64,000 nucleotides of DNA, taken from assembly GCA_965197475.1 (NCBI GenBank), contig CBDANF010000003.1:1920001-1984000 (forward strand), in the 5' to 3' direction. A program made the translations under genes and the position numbers. This DNA is from Candidatus Poribacteria bacterium. Lineage in GTDB: Bacteria; Poribacteria; WGA-4E; WGA-3G. The notes beneath the pieces were generated by a model. The model searched no databases. It saw nothing but the letters and a program-made list of their open reading frames with translations, and had not been told where the DNA came from. Shown here piece by piece: positions 11,165 through 20,118 of this stretch (positions within the stretch are counted from its first letter, which is position 1; each line of letters begins with the position of its first letter).

Positions 11165-11392
11165 ATGGCTAAAGAGAAAAAGTCAACCCAACAACCCAGT
11201 AAAAAAGTTGATAGACAAAAAATAAACAAATCATGGGATACGCCCTCCCGTCCGATAACGCCAACCCCTGCGGGTTCTGTTCCCCCTGATACACGGACAC
11301 CACCTGCAGCAAAACCTGCGGATACACCGGCACATCCTGCACCAAAACCTGCGGATACACCGGCGAAACCACAACCCCGCGACAAAAAATAG
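11165..11392 (+). CDS. Small Pro/Lys-rich disordered protein with KPADTPA repeats
   Basis: Strong RBS aaaggagg; internal 33-bp period repeat. Confidence 0.6.
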   Translation: MAKEKKSTQQPSKKVDRQKINKSWDTPSRPITPTPAGSVPPDTRTPPAAKPADTPAHPAPKPADTPAKPQPRDKK

Positions 11393-11499
11393 TAATAGTC
11401 TTGGTAAACAGGCATAAGGCACGTCTCATTCATTGCGGACGTGCTTGCCCAAATCCACTGCCACAAACGCCCCTCAAATAATTATCGTTTAGACATCAC

Positions 11500-11528
11500 T
11501 TGACACAATCTATCCTCCATGCTATCCT
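11500..11528 (+). promoter_or_regulatory. Sigma70-type promoter, copy 1
   Basis: TTGACA-17 bp-TATCCT with TGn extension; near-identical to 13591-13619. Confidence 0.7.
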
Positions 11529-11606
11529 TTACCAAAAAACACCGCACGGAAAACACCGATGACACAAAACTTTTCCAACAACGCACTATTATGAATAGGA
11601 GAAACT

Positions 11607-11960
11607 ATGTCCAAGTTTCAAAGCGAACAAATTATATTTTATGTGCAAGGTTCTGAAAGTGAGCCTTATGAGGTTATTTTTACCCGAAGTGGAAAAGATA
11701 TGACCGCAACTTGCACGTGCCGCGCGGGGCTAATGCGCATGCCCTGCAAGCATAGGCGAAATATTCTTGAAGAAAAAACGGCAAATATTGTTGATGTGAA
11801 TCCCGAAGACATGGAAAGAATATCTGAAATGTTGGATGGGACGCATCTTGAAAAGGCAATTGAGAATGTCAAGGAAGCAGAAAAAGAAGCAAAATTGGCA
11901 AAAGAGAGACTTGATGATGCTAAAGGTGAACTCTCGATAATTATGCATGTTGGAGGTTGA
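11607..11960 (+). CDS. SWIM zinc-finger domain protein
   Basis: VQGS..PYEV...CTCRAG....CKH motif followed by a coiled coil. Confidence 0.8.
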   Translation: MSKFQSEQIIFYVQGSESEPYEVIFTRSGKDMTATCTCRAGLMRMPCKHRRNILEEKTANIVDVNPEDMERISEMLDGTHLEKAIENVKEAEKEAKLAKERLDDAKGELSIIMHVGG

Positions 11961-11962
11961 TT

Positions 11963-12463
11963 ATGAAAAAAGCATTACAAATTACCGGTTTGATTGCCTT
12001 AGTTCTCTTTATCATGTGTATGGCTATCTTTATATTTGCGGTGATGAATGAATCCACAGAGGCTGCCCCACAAGATGATGTTCAAGATTTGAAAAAGCAA
12101 ATATTAGAACTACAAACCGAAATAAAGCAAATGAAGTCTCAAATTCAAGACCTATATTTCATGACCGAACCGCTGCGATTTCGTGTTGTAGATAGATTGG
12201 AGGGAAGCTTCTATTATTCAAAAACAGATAACGCGGGTGTATATGGCATGTTGCCTTCGCAGCTGCCTTATGCCGAACTTTATTACGATCTTAGATCTGC
12301 CAATAATTTGGGATGGACGCAAGAAAAGATAAAAATGATGAGTGATAGATTATTGAAAATGCCTAAAAATCCATTTCTTCAATCTTACGATCCAGCTCAT
12401 AATGTTTTAAAAGCCAAATTGAGATACGATCCAGACGGGAAAATGTACTTCGTAATACCTTAA
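11963..12463 (+). CDS. Hypothetical protein with N-terminal TM/signal segment and coiled coil
   Basis: Hydrophobic N-terminus, then VQDLKKQILELQTEIKQMKSQI heptads. Confidence 0.65.
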   Translation: MKKALQITGLIALVLFIMCMAIFIFAVMNESTEAAPQDDVQDLKKQILELQTEIKQMKSQIQDLYFMTEPLRFRVVDRLEGSFYYSKTDNAGVYGMLPSQLPYAELYYDLRSANNLGWTQEKIKMMSDRLLKMPKNPFLQSYDPAHNVLKAKLRYDPDGKMYFVIP

Positions 12464-12658
12464 AGGAGGTAAATGCGGATACACCGGCGAAACCACAACC
12501 CCGCGACAAAAAATAGTCCTATTCTTGGTAAACAGGCATAAGGCACGTCTCATTCATTGCGGACGTGCCTGCCCAAAGAACACAAAACAGTCGTTACAAT
12601 CATACGGAATTTAGTCAGGACGGACGCATTCCCCCTTGATAAGGGGGTGTGGCTCAAT

Positions 12659-13114
12659 CTAAATCTCAAGTGCAGCACGGATATCAGCAAGACGATCTAC
12701 ACCATCAATGCGATGGATGCAGTTGCGAGTATCAATATAACACTGCTCTTCACCATCTATGTGATGCTCACAAAAATTACACTTGAGAGTGAAGACCGTC
12801 ATCCCACTAAACTCAAAAGGTCGTTGCAGTACCTTACCGACAAAAACCCACCGGGCTTGTACCGTTTCGCCTTGCTCGTTTTCAAGTGTTCCCCGCACCT
12901 CCAAACGCGTGTTCGGATTCCCGAATACGGAAATCACATCAGGATCAATGCCCCTTACCTTCAACTCGACATCAAACGTTTTTTGATGGAGCACATCGAT
13001 CTCTTCTATGTCTCCACGTAGGATCTCTTCTATCTTGCCAAGCAGGATCGAACCGTTCAAAAACACGTTATACTCTTTCAATTGTTTTACTATGTCAGTA
13101 TAATGTAAAAACAT
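12659..13114 (-). CDS. Phage major tail tube protein (P2 FII-like), orphan and divergent
   Basis: LKEYNVFLNG..LGKIEEI at the N-terminus and IDG....IDTRN....IDGVDRLADIRAAL at the C-terminus match the P2-type contractile tail tube pattern. Confidence 0.7.
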   Translation of the reverse strand: MFLHYTDIVKQLKEYNVFLNGSILLGKIEEILRGDIEEIDVLHQKTFDVELKVRGIDPDVISVFGNPNTRLEVRGTLENEQGETVQARWVFVGKVLQRPFEFSGMTVFTLKCNFCEHHIDGEEQCYIDTRNCIHRIDGVDRLADIRAALEI

Positions 13115-13590
13115 GATTATCTCCATTTTGTTGCATAAACTTTAGTTTGTGGTGCATTCCGTTTCATTTCTAACAACCGGTTATGAGATATATGAAAATA
13201 ATTATACACTCTCACCTCAAGGTAGGTACGGTTTCCTAACTGCACCTTATTTTGCATAGAAAGATTGAAGGGGGTAAAAAAATTAGAGGGGGTAGGTTCG
13301 CGCGAATCCGATACTTTTGATTTTACTATTAAAACATGAAATTATATTTTTGTCAAGGAAAATATAACCGGTTATCATGAAGTCTATTGAAACTTGCACG
13401 GGTTTCACTTTATATAACGTTATGATAACATACGTCCGAAATTAAGTCAACCGTAATTATTCTTGTAGGAGGGGTTTGTAACCCCGATGCGACTGTTTGT
13501 AGTCGCGCAATTCATTGCGCCTCATACACCCAGTAGTAAGGCTTTTCTCTTGTGGGAGGGGTTTTCAACCCCGATGCCCGACACCGATAC

Positions 13591-13619
13591 TTGACACAAT
13601 TCTGCTACCATGCTATCCT
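13591..13619 (+). promoter_or_regulatory. Sigma70-type promoter of the methyltransferase gene, copy 2
   Basis: TTGACA-17 bp-TATCCT, 30 bp upstream of ATG 13650. Confidence 0.7.
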
Positions 13620-13649
13620 TTACCAAAAAAACACCGCAGGAAAACACCA

Positions 13650-15269
13650 ATGACACAAAACTTTCCCGACAACGCACTATACGAAATGGACAATCTCGAA
13701 GTGCTACGCGGCATGAACAGCGACACCGTACACCTCATCGCCACCGACCCGCCCTTCAACATCAAACGCAACCGAAGCGGCACAGCCGGACATTATGTAG
13801 ACAACTGGAAATGGGGAGACACCGGCATATTACCAGATCAGTGGAAATGGAACGAAGTGCATCCCAAATGGCTTGAAGAAATCAAAGACAACCACACCGA
13901 ACTATACCACGCCATAGACGCAGCCAAACACTGTCAAGGCGAAGATACCGCCGCGTTCTTATGCTTTCTCAGTGTTAGATTGATAGAAATGCACCGTATC
14001 CTAAAAGAGACGGGTAGCATCTATTTGCATTGTGACCCTACCGCAAGCCACTACATCAAAATGTGCTTGGATGCGATCTTCGGTAGAAAAAACTTTAGAA
14101 ATGAAATCGTGTGGAAGCGTCAGACAGCAAATAATGCTGTTTCTAAGAAATATGGTCGTATTGTGGACTACCTGCTTTTCTATACGAAGGGCAACAAATA
14201 CACATGGAATCAGCAATACGGTGCCCGATCCGAAAACGCTCAAAAAGAGTTCCGACACAAAGATGCTGACGGTCGGGTGTACAGAACTCACGATCTCACG
14301 GCCCCAGGCAGAGATGCTAATCGAATGTTCGAATGGCGAGGAACAATTCCCTATCGAAACTGGGCATATTCAAGAGAAACGCTTGATAAGATGTTGTCCA
14401 AGGGTGAGATTCTCTTGCGAAAAGATGGAACGGTGTCAGCAGCACGAGGACACAAGATATATCTTGACGAGCAACCTGGGGTGAAGTTGCAGACGATTTG
14501 GGATGATGTGGCAAAAGTAGGCACATCTAAAGAACGCACCGGCTCACCAGACCAAAAACCGGTCGCCCTTTACAAACGGATAATCAAAGCGTCATCCAAC
14601 GAAGGCGACCTTGTCCTAGACCCGTTCTGCGGATGTGCAACAACGATCATCGCAGCAGATGATCTCAAACGTAGGTGGGTAGGTATAGACAGGCGCGTAG
14701 ATGCCCGCTACCACATCATAACGCGTCTGATGGGTATTAGCAAAAAAGAACGCGAACGAATAGAGGAATACGCTACAGATAAAAATTGGTTGGATAGACA
14801 AACAGCAAAATATGAAATTCACTACCAAACAGCGCCGCCCGTCCGTACCGATGACCCCGAGACAACGTCCCCTGAATTATCCCATGTCTATCAGCACCAT
14901 CTCGAACCGCTGCACAGCCATGCCGAGATGCACCAAATCCTTGTCGATCAGTTCGGATTGAAATGTTGGGGGTGTAACTTTGTCCCTCCCGACAAACGCT
15001 ATTTACACCTTGACCATATCGTCCCAAAAAGCGATGGCGGCACCAACGACATAGACAATCGCGCGCTCTTATGCCAACCGTGTAATAGCAAAAAATCTAA
15101 TACGATGAGTCTCACGTCGCTACGCAGACAAAACAAAAAGGAAGGATATATCCAACAGGGCGAAGCGATAGATCTCCCGGCTGCTTTAGCGTGGACGCGA
15201 TCCCTTTTAGTCCAAACACTCCGCGAAACACCCTATCAAGGACCACTACCGCTTGAAAGTGAAAGATAG
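13650..15269 (+). CDS. Beta-class amino DNA methyltransferase (N6A/N4C) fused to a C-terminal HNH endonuclease domain
   Basis: DPPF motif IV precedes LDPFCGCATT motif I; FRNEIVWKR; QKPVAL; C-terminal CWGC...HLDHIVPKSDGG...N..LLCQPCNSKK. Confidence 0.9.
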   Translation: MTQNFPDNALYEMDNLEVLRGMNSDTVHLIATDPPFNIKRNRSGTAGHYVDNWKWGDTGILPDQWKWNEVHPKWLEEIKDNHTELYHAIDAAKHCQGEDTAAFLCFLSVRLIEMHRILKETGSIYLHCDPTASHYIKMCLDAIFGRKNFRNEIVWKRQTANNAVSKKYGRIVDYLLFYTKGNKYTWNQQYGARSENAQKEFRHKDADGRVYRTHDLTAPGRDANRMFEWRGTIPYRNWAYSRETLDKMLSKGEILLRKDGTVSAARGHKIYLDEQPGVKLQTIWDDVAKVGTSKERTGSPDQKPVALYKRIIKASSNEGDLVLDPFCGCATTIIAADDLKRRWVGIDRRVDARYHIITRLMGISKKERERIEEYATDKNWLDRQTAKYEIHYQTAPPVRTDDPETTSPELSHVYQHHLEPLHSHAEMHQILVDQFGLKCWGCNFVPPDKRYLHLDHIVPKSDGGTNDIDNRALLCQPCNSKKSNTMSLTSLRRQNKKEGYIQQGEAIDLPAALAWTRSLLVQTLRETPYQGPLPLESER

Positions 15270-15493
15270 CATCATCTCAAACATCTGGTAGAAAACGGAC
15301 CTTGCTGCACACTGCACGCCTTATTTTCAATTGTAGACTGGCAACTCAAAAATTTTCCCAACGCAGATAAAAACAGACGCTGTGCAGCCCCTGCAAAGTA
15401 AAATATTCAGAAAGTATCCTATTATTGCAAAAGACAAATATCGAACTCGTTCCAAGAATACTTAATCGCCATCTATCCGATCTGATAGCACCT

Positions 15494-16258
15494 TTAATCT
15501 TCTGATGTGAGAAGTTCGCGGGTGTATGATTTATAAAATTGAAGATGCTTTACTTCACCTCCTCTACCTGTAAATACAAAATAAGCTTCAGATAAAAAAT
15601 AAAAAAGTTTTACACTTAGAAGTCCCATTGCAGCTTGTCCACGATATTCATCATTATACGTTCCATGTTTATCAAAACTCCAATATAATCCAACCATAGA
15701 ATTACCATGAACCCGTTCATTTAAATTCTTAAATATAGGGACTATTATGGCAGCAAAAGATTGTTGTTCACTATATTTTGGATACTTCAGTATACCCTGA
15801 TTTATCTTTTCCTCTCTTGATTTCCCAGACCAATAGTCCCCTCTCAGTTTTCCATATTTTTGTTCAAAAGCTTTTTGTTCCCGATCGCGTTCCTCACCTT
15901 CGATGTTTGCAATCGACATAAAGTGTCTACGTCGTTCTGCTACAGAGTCACCATTCTTAGAAATATAGAAATAATCTATCGTATGTTCCCAAAGCAGTCT
16001 GTTAGCAGCCTCCATTCCACGAGAAAAAAAATGCCTATCATTATTTAGCAATGATTCTGCTAAAACACATATATCATACACAGTAGTCCTCGCATCCATA
16101 AATAAAAATCTGAGTATCCTCTCCTTATCAGTAGCACGAGAACTAACTGGTGTAAGGTCAATGATTTCGTCTACGGCTGCAAGGAATTTCTTACTACAGT
16201 CTAACCATTTTTGCATATCAGAATTTGACAAAACCTCCCAAATAGCTTTTTTCGACAT
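15494..16258 (-). CDS. Hypothetical protein (DUF5677/HEPN-like)
   Basis: AT-rich ORF; RLLWE..IDYFYI and NERVHGN segments. Confidence 0.5.
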   Translation of the reverse strand: MSKKAIWEVLSNSDMQKWLDCSKKFLAAVDEIIDLTPVSSRATDKERILRFLFMDARTTVYDICVLAESLLNNDRHFFSRGMEAANRLLWEHTIDYFYISKNGDSVAERRRHFMSIANIEGEERDREQKAFEQKYGKLRGDYWSGKSREEKINQGILKYPKYSEQQSFAAIIVPIFKNLNERVHGNSMVGLYWSFDKHGTYNDEYRGQAAMGLLSVKLFYFLSEAYFVFTGRGGEVKHLQFYKSYTRELLTSED

Positions 16259-16439
16259 TACTGTTCCTCCTTATGTAATTTTTAGGTTATTTTAGGACGT
16301 TGCCCACAGAAATTGCACAGACCCAAACATCAACACGCAACCGCCCCCAACAAAATTCACCAGAAAAAACCTAAACATCAAGGGAAATTATGAAACTACC
16401 GATATTTATGACTTACCAATAGTAATAAATGTACATTTT

Positions 16440-16470
16440 ATAGGCGCGGTTTCAAACCGCGCCTATTTTT
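16440..16470. terminator. Hairpin (REP-like / intrinsic terminator) downstream of uxuA
   Basis: ataggcgcggttt-c-aaaccgcgcctat palindrome with adjacent T runs. Confidence 0.55.
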
Positions 16471-16494
16471 CTATAGCCGGAAGAGCTTAATAAT

Positions 16495-17433
16495 TTATGC
16501 TGCCAACGCAGCGAACAGTGCCTTAATGTAACCGACTGAGTAAGCTAACCCCACATTACCTTCTAACCTCGGAATATGGTCGGCATTAATACATCCATCA
16601 AACCCGACCTTTTGGAGTTCTCGCACAATTTTGTACATATTCATATCACCATCGTCAAGAAGGGTTTCCTCAAATGCACCTGCTGTTGCAAGGCTGCCGC
16701 GCACATTCCTTAAGTGAACCATAAAGATACGACCTTTTCGTCCATAATTGTTAATCTCATCAAGCACAATAGCACTTCCACCAGCTTCAGCACGGGTTCC
16801 GCAACAGTAAAGGTAGCCGACATTTCTGCTTGGAAAAGCATCTATCACGCGATGAAAGCCAAGACTACCGAGAGGTGTATCTGGGTTCGGCACATCTGAT
16901 GGGTGAATGGCAAGTTTGATGTCGTGTTCATCAGCAATTGGCACCAACGCGCCATAAACTTCGCAGAAACGTTTCCACCATTCATCAAGCTCTTCCATTG
17001 TTGGCGTAGCAGACGGGTTCTGTGTTGCAGCACGGCTTTCTCCACGCGAGGTATAACCACCACGATGCACTGATGAATAGCGCGTCATCAAGTAGTCGAA
17101 CGTATCACCCCAGAACCTTTGGCGTGCTATAGGCACACCTGCTTCAGCGAATACTTTGAGAGCGTTGCACGTATTTTCTAATTCCTTTTCGCCATCGGGT
17201 TGTCCTTTCATGAATTTTTCTGTAATGTTCGGAAGTGTCACGCGATTGATGTCCAAGCCGAAAGAGCGAATCAGCTTTCTCATTTTGAGCAGTTCATCTA
17301 AATCGGGATAACCCTGCTCTTTAACGCCGGGGAAAGATCCACCATTTCCAAAATCAATGCAGTCTGCACCGAGTTGTGTAACCTGTTTGAGATAGGTGTC
17401 TGTGAGTCCACCGTCCCAGACTGAAATTTTCAT
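16495..17433 (-). CDS. uxuA: Mannonate dehydratase
   Basis: LAIHPSDVP, HLRNV, EETLLDDGDMNM, DHIP, AYSVGYIKAL. Confidence 0.8.
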   Translation of the reverse strand: MKISVWDGGLTDTYLKQVTQLGADCIDFGNGGSFPGVKEQGYPDLDELLKMRKLIRSFGLDINRVTLPNITEKFMKGQPDGEKELENTCNALKVFAEAGVPIARQRFWGDTFDYLMTRYSSVHRGGYTSRGESRAATQNPSATPTMEELDEWWKRFCEVYGALVPIADEHDIKLAIHPSDVPNPDTPLGSLGFHRVIDAFPSRNVGYLYCCGTRAEAGGSAIVLDEINNYGRKGRIFMVHLRNVRGSLATAGAFEETLLDDGDMNMYKIVRELQKVGFDGCINADHIPRLEGNVGLAYSVGYIKALFAALAA

Positions 17434-17442
17434 ATTATTCCT

Positions 17443-18447
17443 CTATAACGGTAAAGCAACGGGTTGTCCCGTTTCAACGGATCGATATGCGGCTAAAGCA
17501 ATTTCGACTGCAGCGCGACCATCGGCACCTGTAATCGGTGGTGCTGTATCTTTACGGATAGCATCAACAAATACACGTATTTCCTGCTGGACAGGCGGTG
17601 GCACCTTAATATTTCCTATTCGGATGCTTCTGCCTTCCCCTTCAAATGGTTTTACTTGAATAGATGCATCACCACCCCAAATTTGTGGGAAGTAGATGGA
17701 GCCTTTTTCGCAATCAACACGTCCGCCGTATCGGCCAACCGCTGCTGCATGGCTGGAATGCAGCAATCCGACAGCCCCGTTCTCAAAATTTAATGATGCA
17801 AGTACGACATCTGGATAGTCTGTATCTTCTTGGACGTATTGTCCGCCTGCAGCATAGACAGAGGCGACATCCCCACATGTCCACCGCATAAAGTCAATTT
17901 CGTGTGCATTGATTTCCATGAGGCTTCCACCAGATTTGGCGCGTTCTAATCGCCACGGCGTGCGGTGTCCGCCTCGCCACGGTCCGCCGATGCGATGCAC
18001 CATCATATTGACAGGTGTCCCCAACTCCCCACTATGAACAATTTCGCGGACTTTGGAATGCGTTGCATGGTAGCGGCAGACTAAACCGATTGTGAGTTTG
18101 ACTCCGTTTGCAGAAGCTGCAGTAATCATTGCATCACAATCTTCCAATGTCGGTGCCATCGGTTTTTCGGAGAAGACATGTTTACCTGTATTGGCAGCAT
18201 CAACAGCCATCTGTGCATGTAGGAACGGAGGCGAAGCGATTAGGACAGCGTGAATGTTGTCATTATCCAGCAATTCATGATAATCGGTCGTGTAATTTGT
18301 GCCAAGATTTTTTGCAAGGTTTTTTGCCAATTCTTCTTGTAAATCACTAACGCAGATAACCTCTATACCTTCAACAGCGTTTGCGCCATTTGCAAGACTT
18401 CTGCCCATGCCACCACAACCGATAACACCAATTCCAATTGATTCCAT
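17443..18447 (-). CDS. Gfo/Idh/MocA family oxidoreductase
   Basis: GVIGCGGMG, HVFSEKP, GGSLMEINAHEID. Confidence 0.92.
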   Translation of the reverse strand: MESIGIGVIGCGGMGRSLANGANAVEGIEVICVSDLQEELAKNLAKNLGTNYTTDYHELLDNDNIHAVLIASPPFLHAQMAVDAANTGKHVFSEKPMAPTLEDCDAMITAASANGVKLTIGLVCRYHATHSKVREIVHSGELGTPVNMMVHRIGGPWRGGHRTPWRLERAKSGGSLMEINAHEIDFMRWTCGDVASVYAAGGQYVQEDTDYPDVVLASLNFENGAVGLLHSSHAAAVGRYGGRVDCEKGSIYFPQIWGGDASIQVKPFEGEGRSIRIGNIKVPPPVQQEIRVFVDAIRKDTAPPITGADGRAAVEIALAAYRSVETGQPVALPL

Positions 18448-18646
18448 TGTCGTTATCTCCGTCTTGCCTTAATAGACATTATAATGATTTAATCGTCCGT
18501 CCCTGATATCACTAAGACCGAAATATAGTCTAAACGCTAATGGCTTGTCCGTCGGGTAGAGTTTGCGAAACCCGACATGTTTGTTCTGAATGTCAAGTGT
18601 TCAGATGGTGGAAGTTACCGTTTTATAGATTGCGAAATCTGCTATA

Positions 18647-19576
18647 TTATCTCTGGAACCCTGATATTGTCGGGTTTCGCTGCGCTCTACCCGACCTACG
18701 AACTTTAGATTTTATTATAGACCAGTAACAACACACAATTAAAACGTTATAATGTCTAATGTGTCCCCACGTGACGCTCAGATGATTTGATGTAGGACTG
18801 ACATCAAGTCCTTGAGCATTCATGTTTTTCTGTACTTCTGCTCCTGTGAGCGCGCGTTCATAGATGCGGAATTCGTCGACATATCCCTGAATAGCATCGG
18901 CATTGACACCGTCAGAACGATCTCCAATAGCAAGTTTAAGTCCGCCTTTTGGGAGTTTACCTCCTGGAACCGCATACTTTTTCTCTTGTTTTCCGTTTAC
19001 ATAGTAGTGAACTGTCGCACCATCGTAGGTGCCGACAAGATGGATCCATTGCTCAAGCGGGATGTCCTCCAGCACATTATGTTGTGCTGCCTTTGTTTCT
19101 TGACCCCCAGCTCTTATGAAAAAACCGTGCTGGTTGTCGTCATCATCATAATACAGACTGGCAACTGCACTATTTGTTGGCTGGTCGTCAAGTGAGATAA
19201 TTCGATTCCAACTATCATCTAAAGCAGTGATATAGACCCAACACTCCAATGTGATTTCATTCCAATCACGGTCAATTTTCGGTGGATCTGAATCCTCAAC
19301 GAGTAAATTATCATCAACACCGTCAAATAGGATACACTCTCCAACTTTACAATCGGCAGCAAGGGCAAGTTCAGGGTCACCTTTGACAATAGCGGATAGT
19401 CCAGAGAATATATCCTCTGCCTGTTTTGCGATTTGCACTGTGTCTTTATCAAACGACCAGTAAGCAACTAAGCCATCTTCAACTGCGCCAACGATAGCAT
19501 CTGCAGGATGTGTTAATACTGTGAAAAACACGAAAAGTATCAAAATTGCGTAGCCTAATGTTGTTTTCTGGATCAT
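18647..19576 (-). CDS. Secreted LamG-like (concanavalin A) domain protein
   Basis: Signal peptide, LVAYWSFD, WIHLVGTYDG, GYVDEFRIYERAL, tail VSPTSNHLSVTWGHIR; the 3' end runs on into a REP. Confidence 0.88.
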   Translation of the reverse strand: MIQKTTLGYAILILFVFFTVLTHPADAIVGAVEDGLVAYWSFDKDTVQIAKQAEDIFSGLSAIVKGDPELALAADCKVGECILFDGVDDNLLVEDSDPPKIDRDWNEITLECWVYITALDDSWNRIISLDDQPTNSAVASLYYDDDDNQHGFFIRAGGQETKAAQHNVLEDIPLEQWIHLVGTYDGATVHYYVNGKQEKKYAVPGGKLPKGGLKLAIGDRSDGVNADAIQGYVDEFRIYERALTGAEVQKNMNAQGLDVSPTSNHLSVTWGHIRHYNVLIVCCYWSIIKSKVRRSGRAQRNPTISGFQR

Positions 19577-19704
19577 GATGTCTCCTTTAATGGTAGGCTT
19601 GTTAGACATCTTTTGAAGTCTAACAAGCCTTGCTGAGATTCAAAATCTGTTATGCAATAAAACTTCGTTATTGAACACCATGTCCGCAAATTTACCGGGG
19701 ATGT

Positions 19705-20049
19705 TCAACCTTCAATCTTAATTGAGGAAATGGAATTACCGATATTCTGTAGGAGCGGATGAAGATTCGGTAACTCTTTTTTGTATTCCATCGTTTCCAT
19801 ACGGATGGGTAAACTCACACCTTCAAAATCGGGGTGTCCATAAAACACAATTTCCGCACCATCAGGTGGAAAATTCTGACCTTTTAAAATACGAATAGAT
19901 GAGATACGGTTTTCAAACCCTGAACGCTCCAGACTATCTTGAAGGTTCGCCATATCTTGAAAAACGGTAATTTTTCTCCCTTTAAATTCGACTTGCTCAT
20001 AGCATTCAACTATGATTGGAATGGTGGCGGATTTCATTCTTTCATTCAT
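19705..20049 (-). CDS. Beta/gamma-crystallin domain protein
   Basis: YEQVEFKG, NRISSIRI, HPDFEG, NSISSIKI; close paralog of the second crystallin domain of the neighbouring gene. Confidence 0.85.
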   Translation of the reverse strand: MNERMKSATIPIIVECYEQVEFKGRKITVFQDMANLQDSLERSGFENRISSIRILKGQNFPPDGAEIVFYGHPDFEGVSLPIRMETMEYKKELPNLHPLLQNIGNSISSIKIEG

Positions 20050-20118
20050 GATTTAACTCCTTTCTACAGTGATTAGTTATCAATGTTCAATGTAGCCGAA
20101 TTCACGTTATACTTCAGT

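Larger units (their letters stand above)
11350..12577 (+). repeat. 104-bp direct repeat (11350-11453 and 12474-12577)
   Basis: tgcggatacaccggcgaaacc...cttggtaaacaggcataaggcacgtctcattcattgcggacgtgc..gcccaaa is near-identical in both copies. Confidence 0.92.

Noticed and set aside
12557-13021. 154-aa plus-strand ORF and many other short overlapping ORFs in the track
   Set aside because: They are antisense or alternate-frame shadows of better-supported genes, with no recognisable motifs
10717-16258. Intact prophage or integron
   Set aside because: No integrase, capsid, terminase or recognisable attC sites; only one tail-tube-like gene
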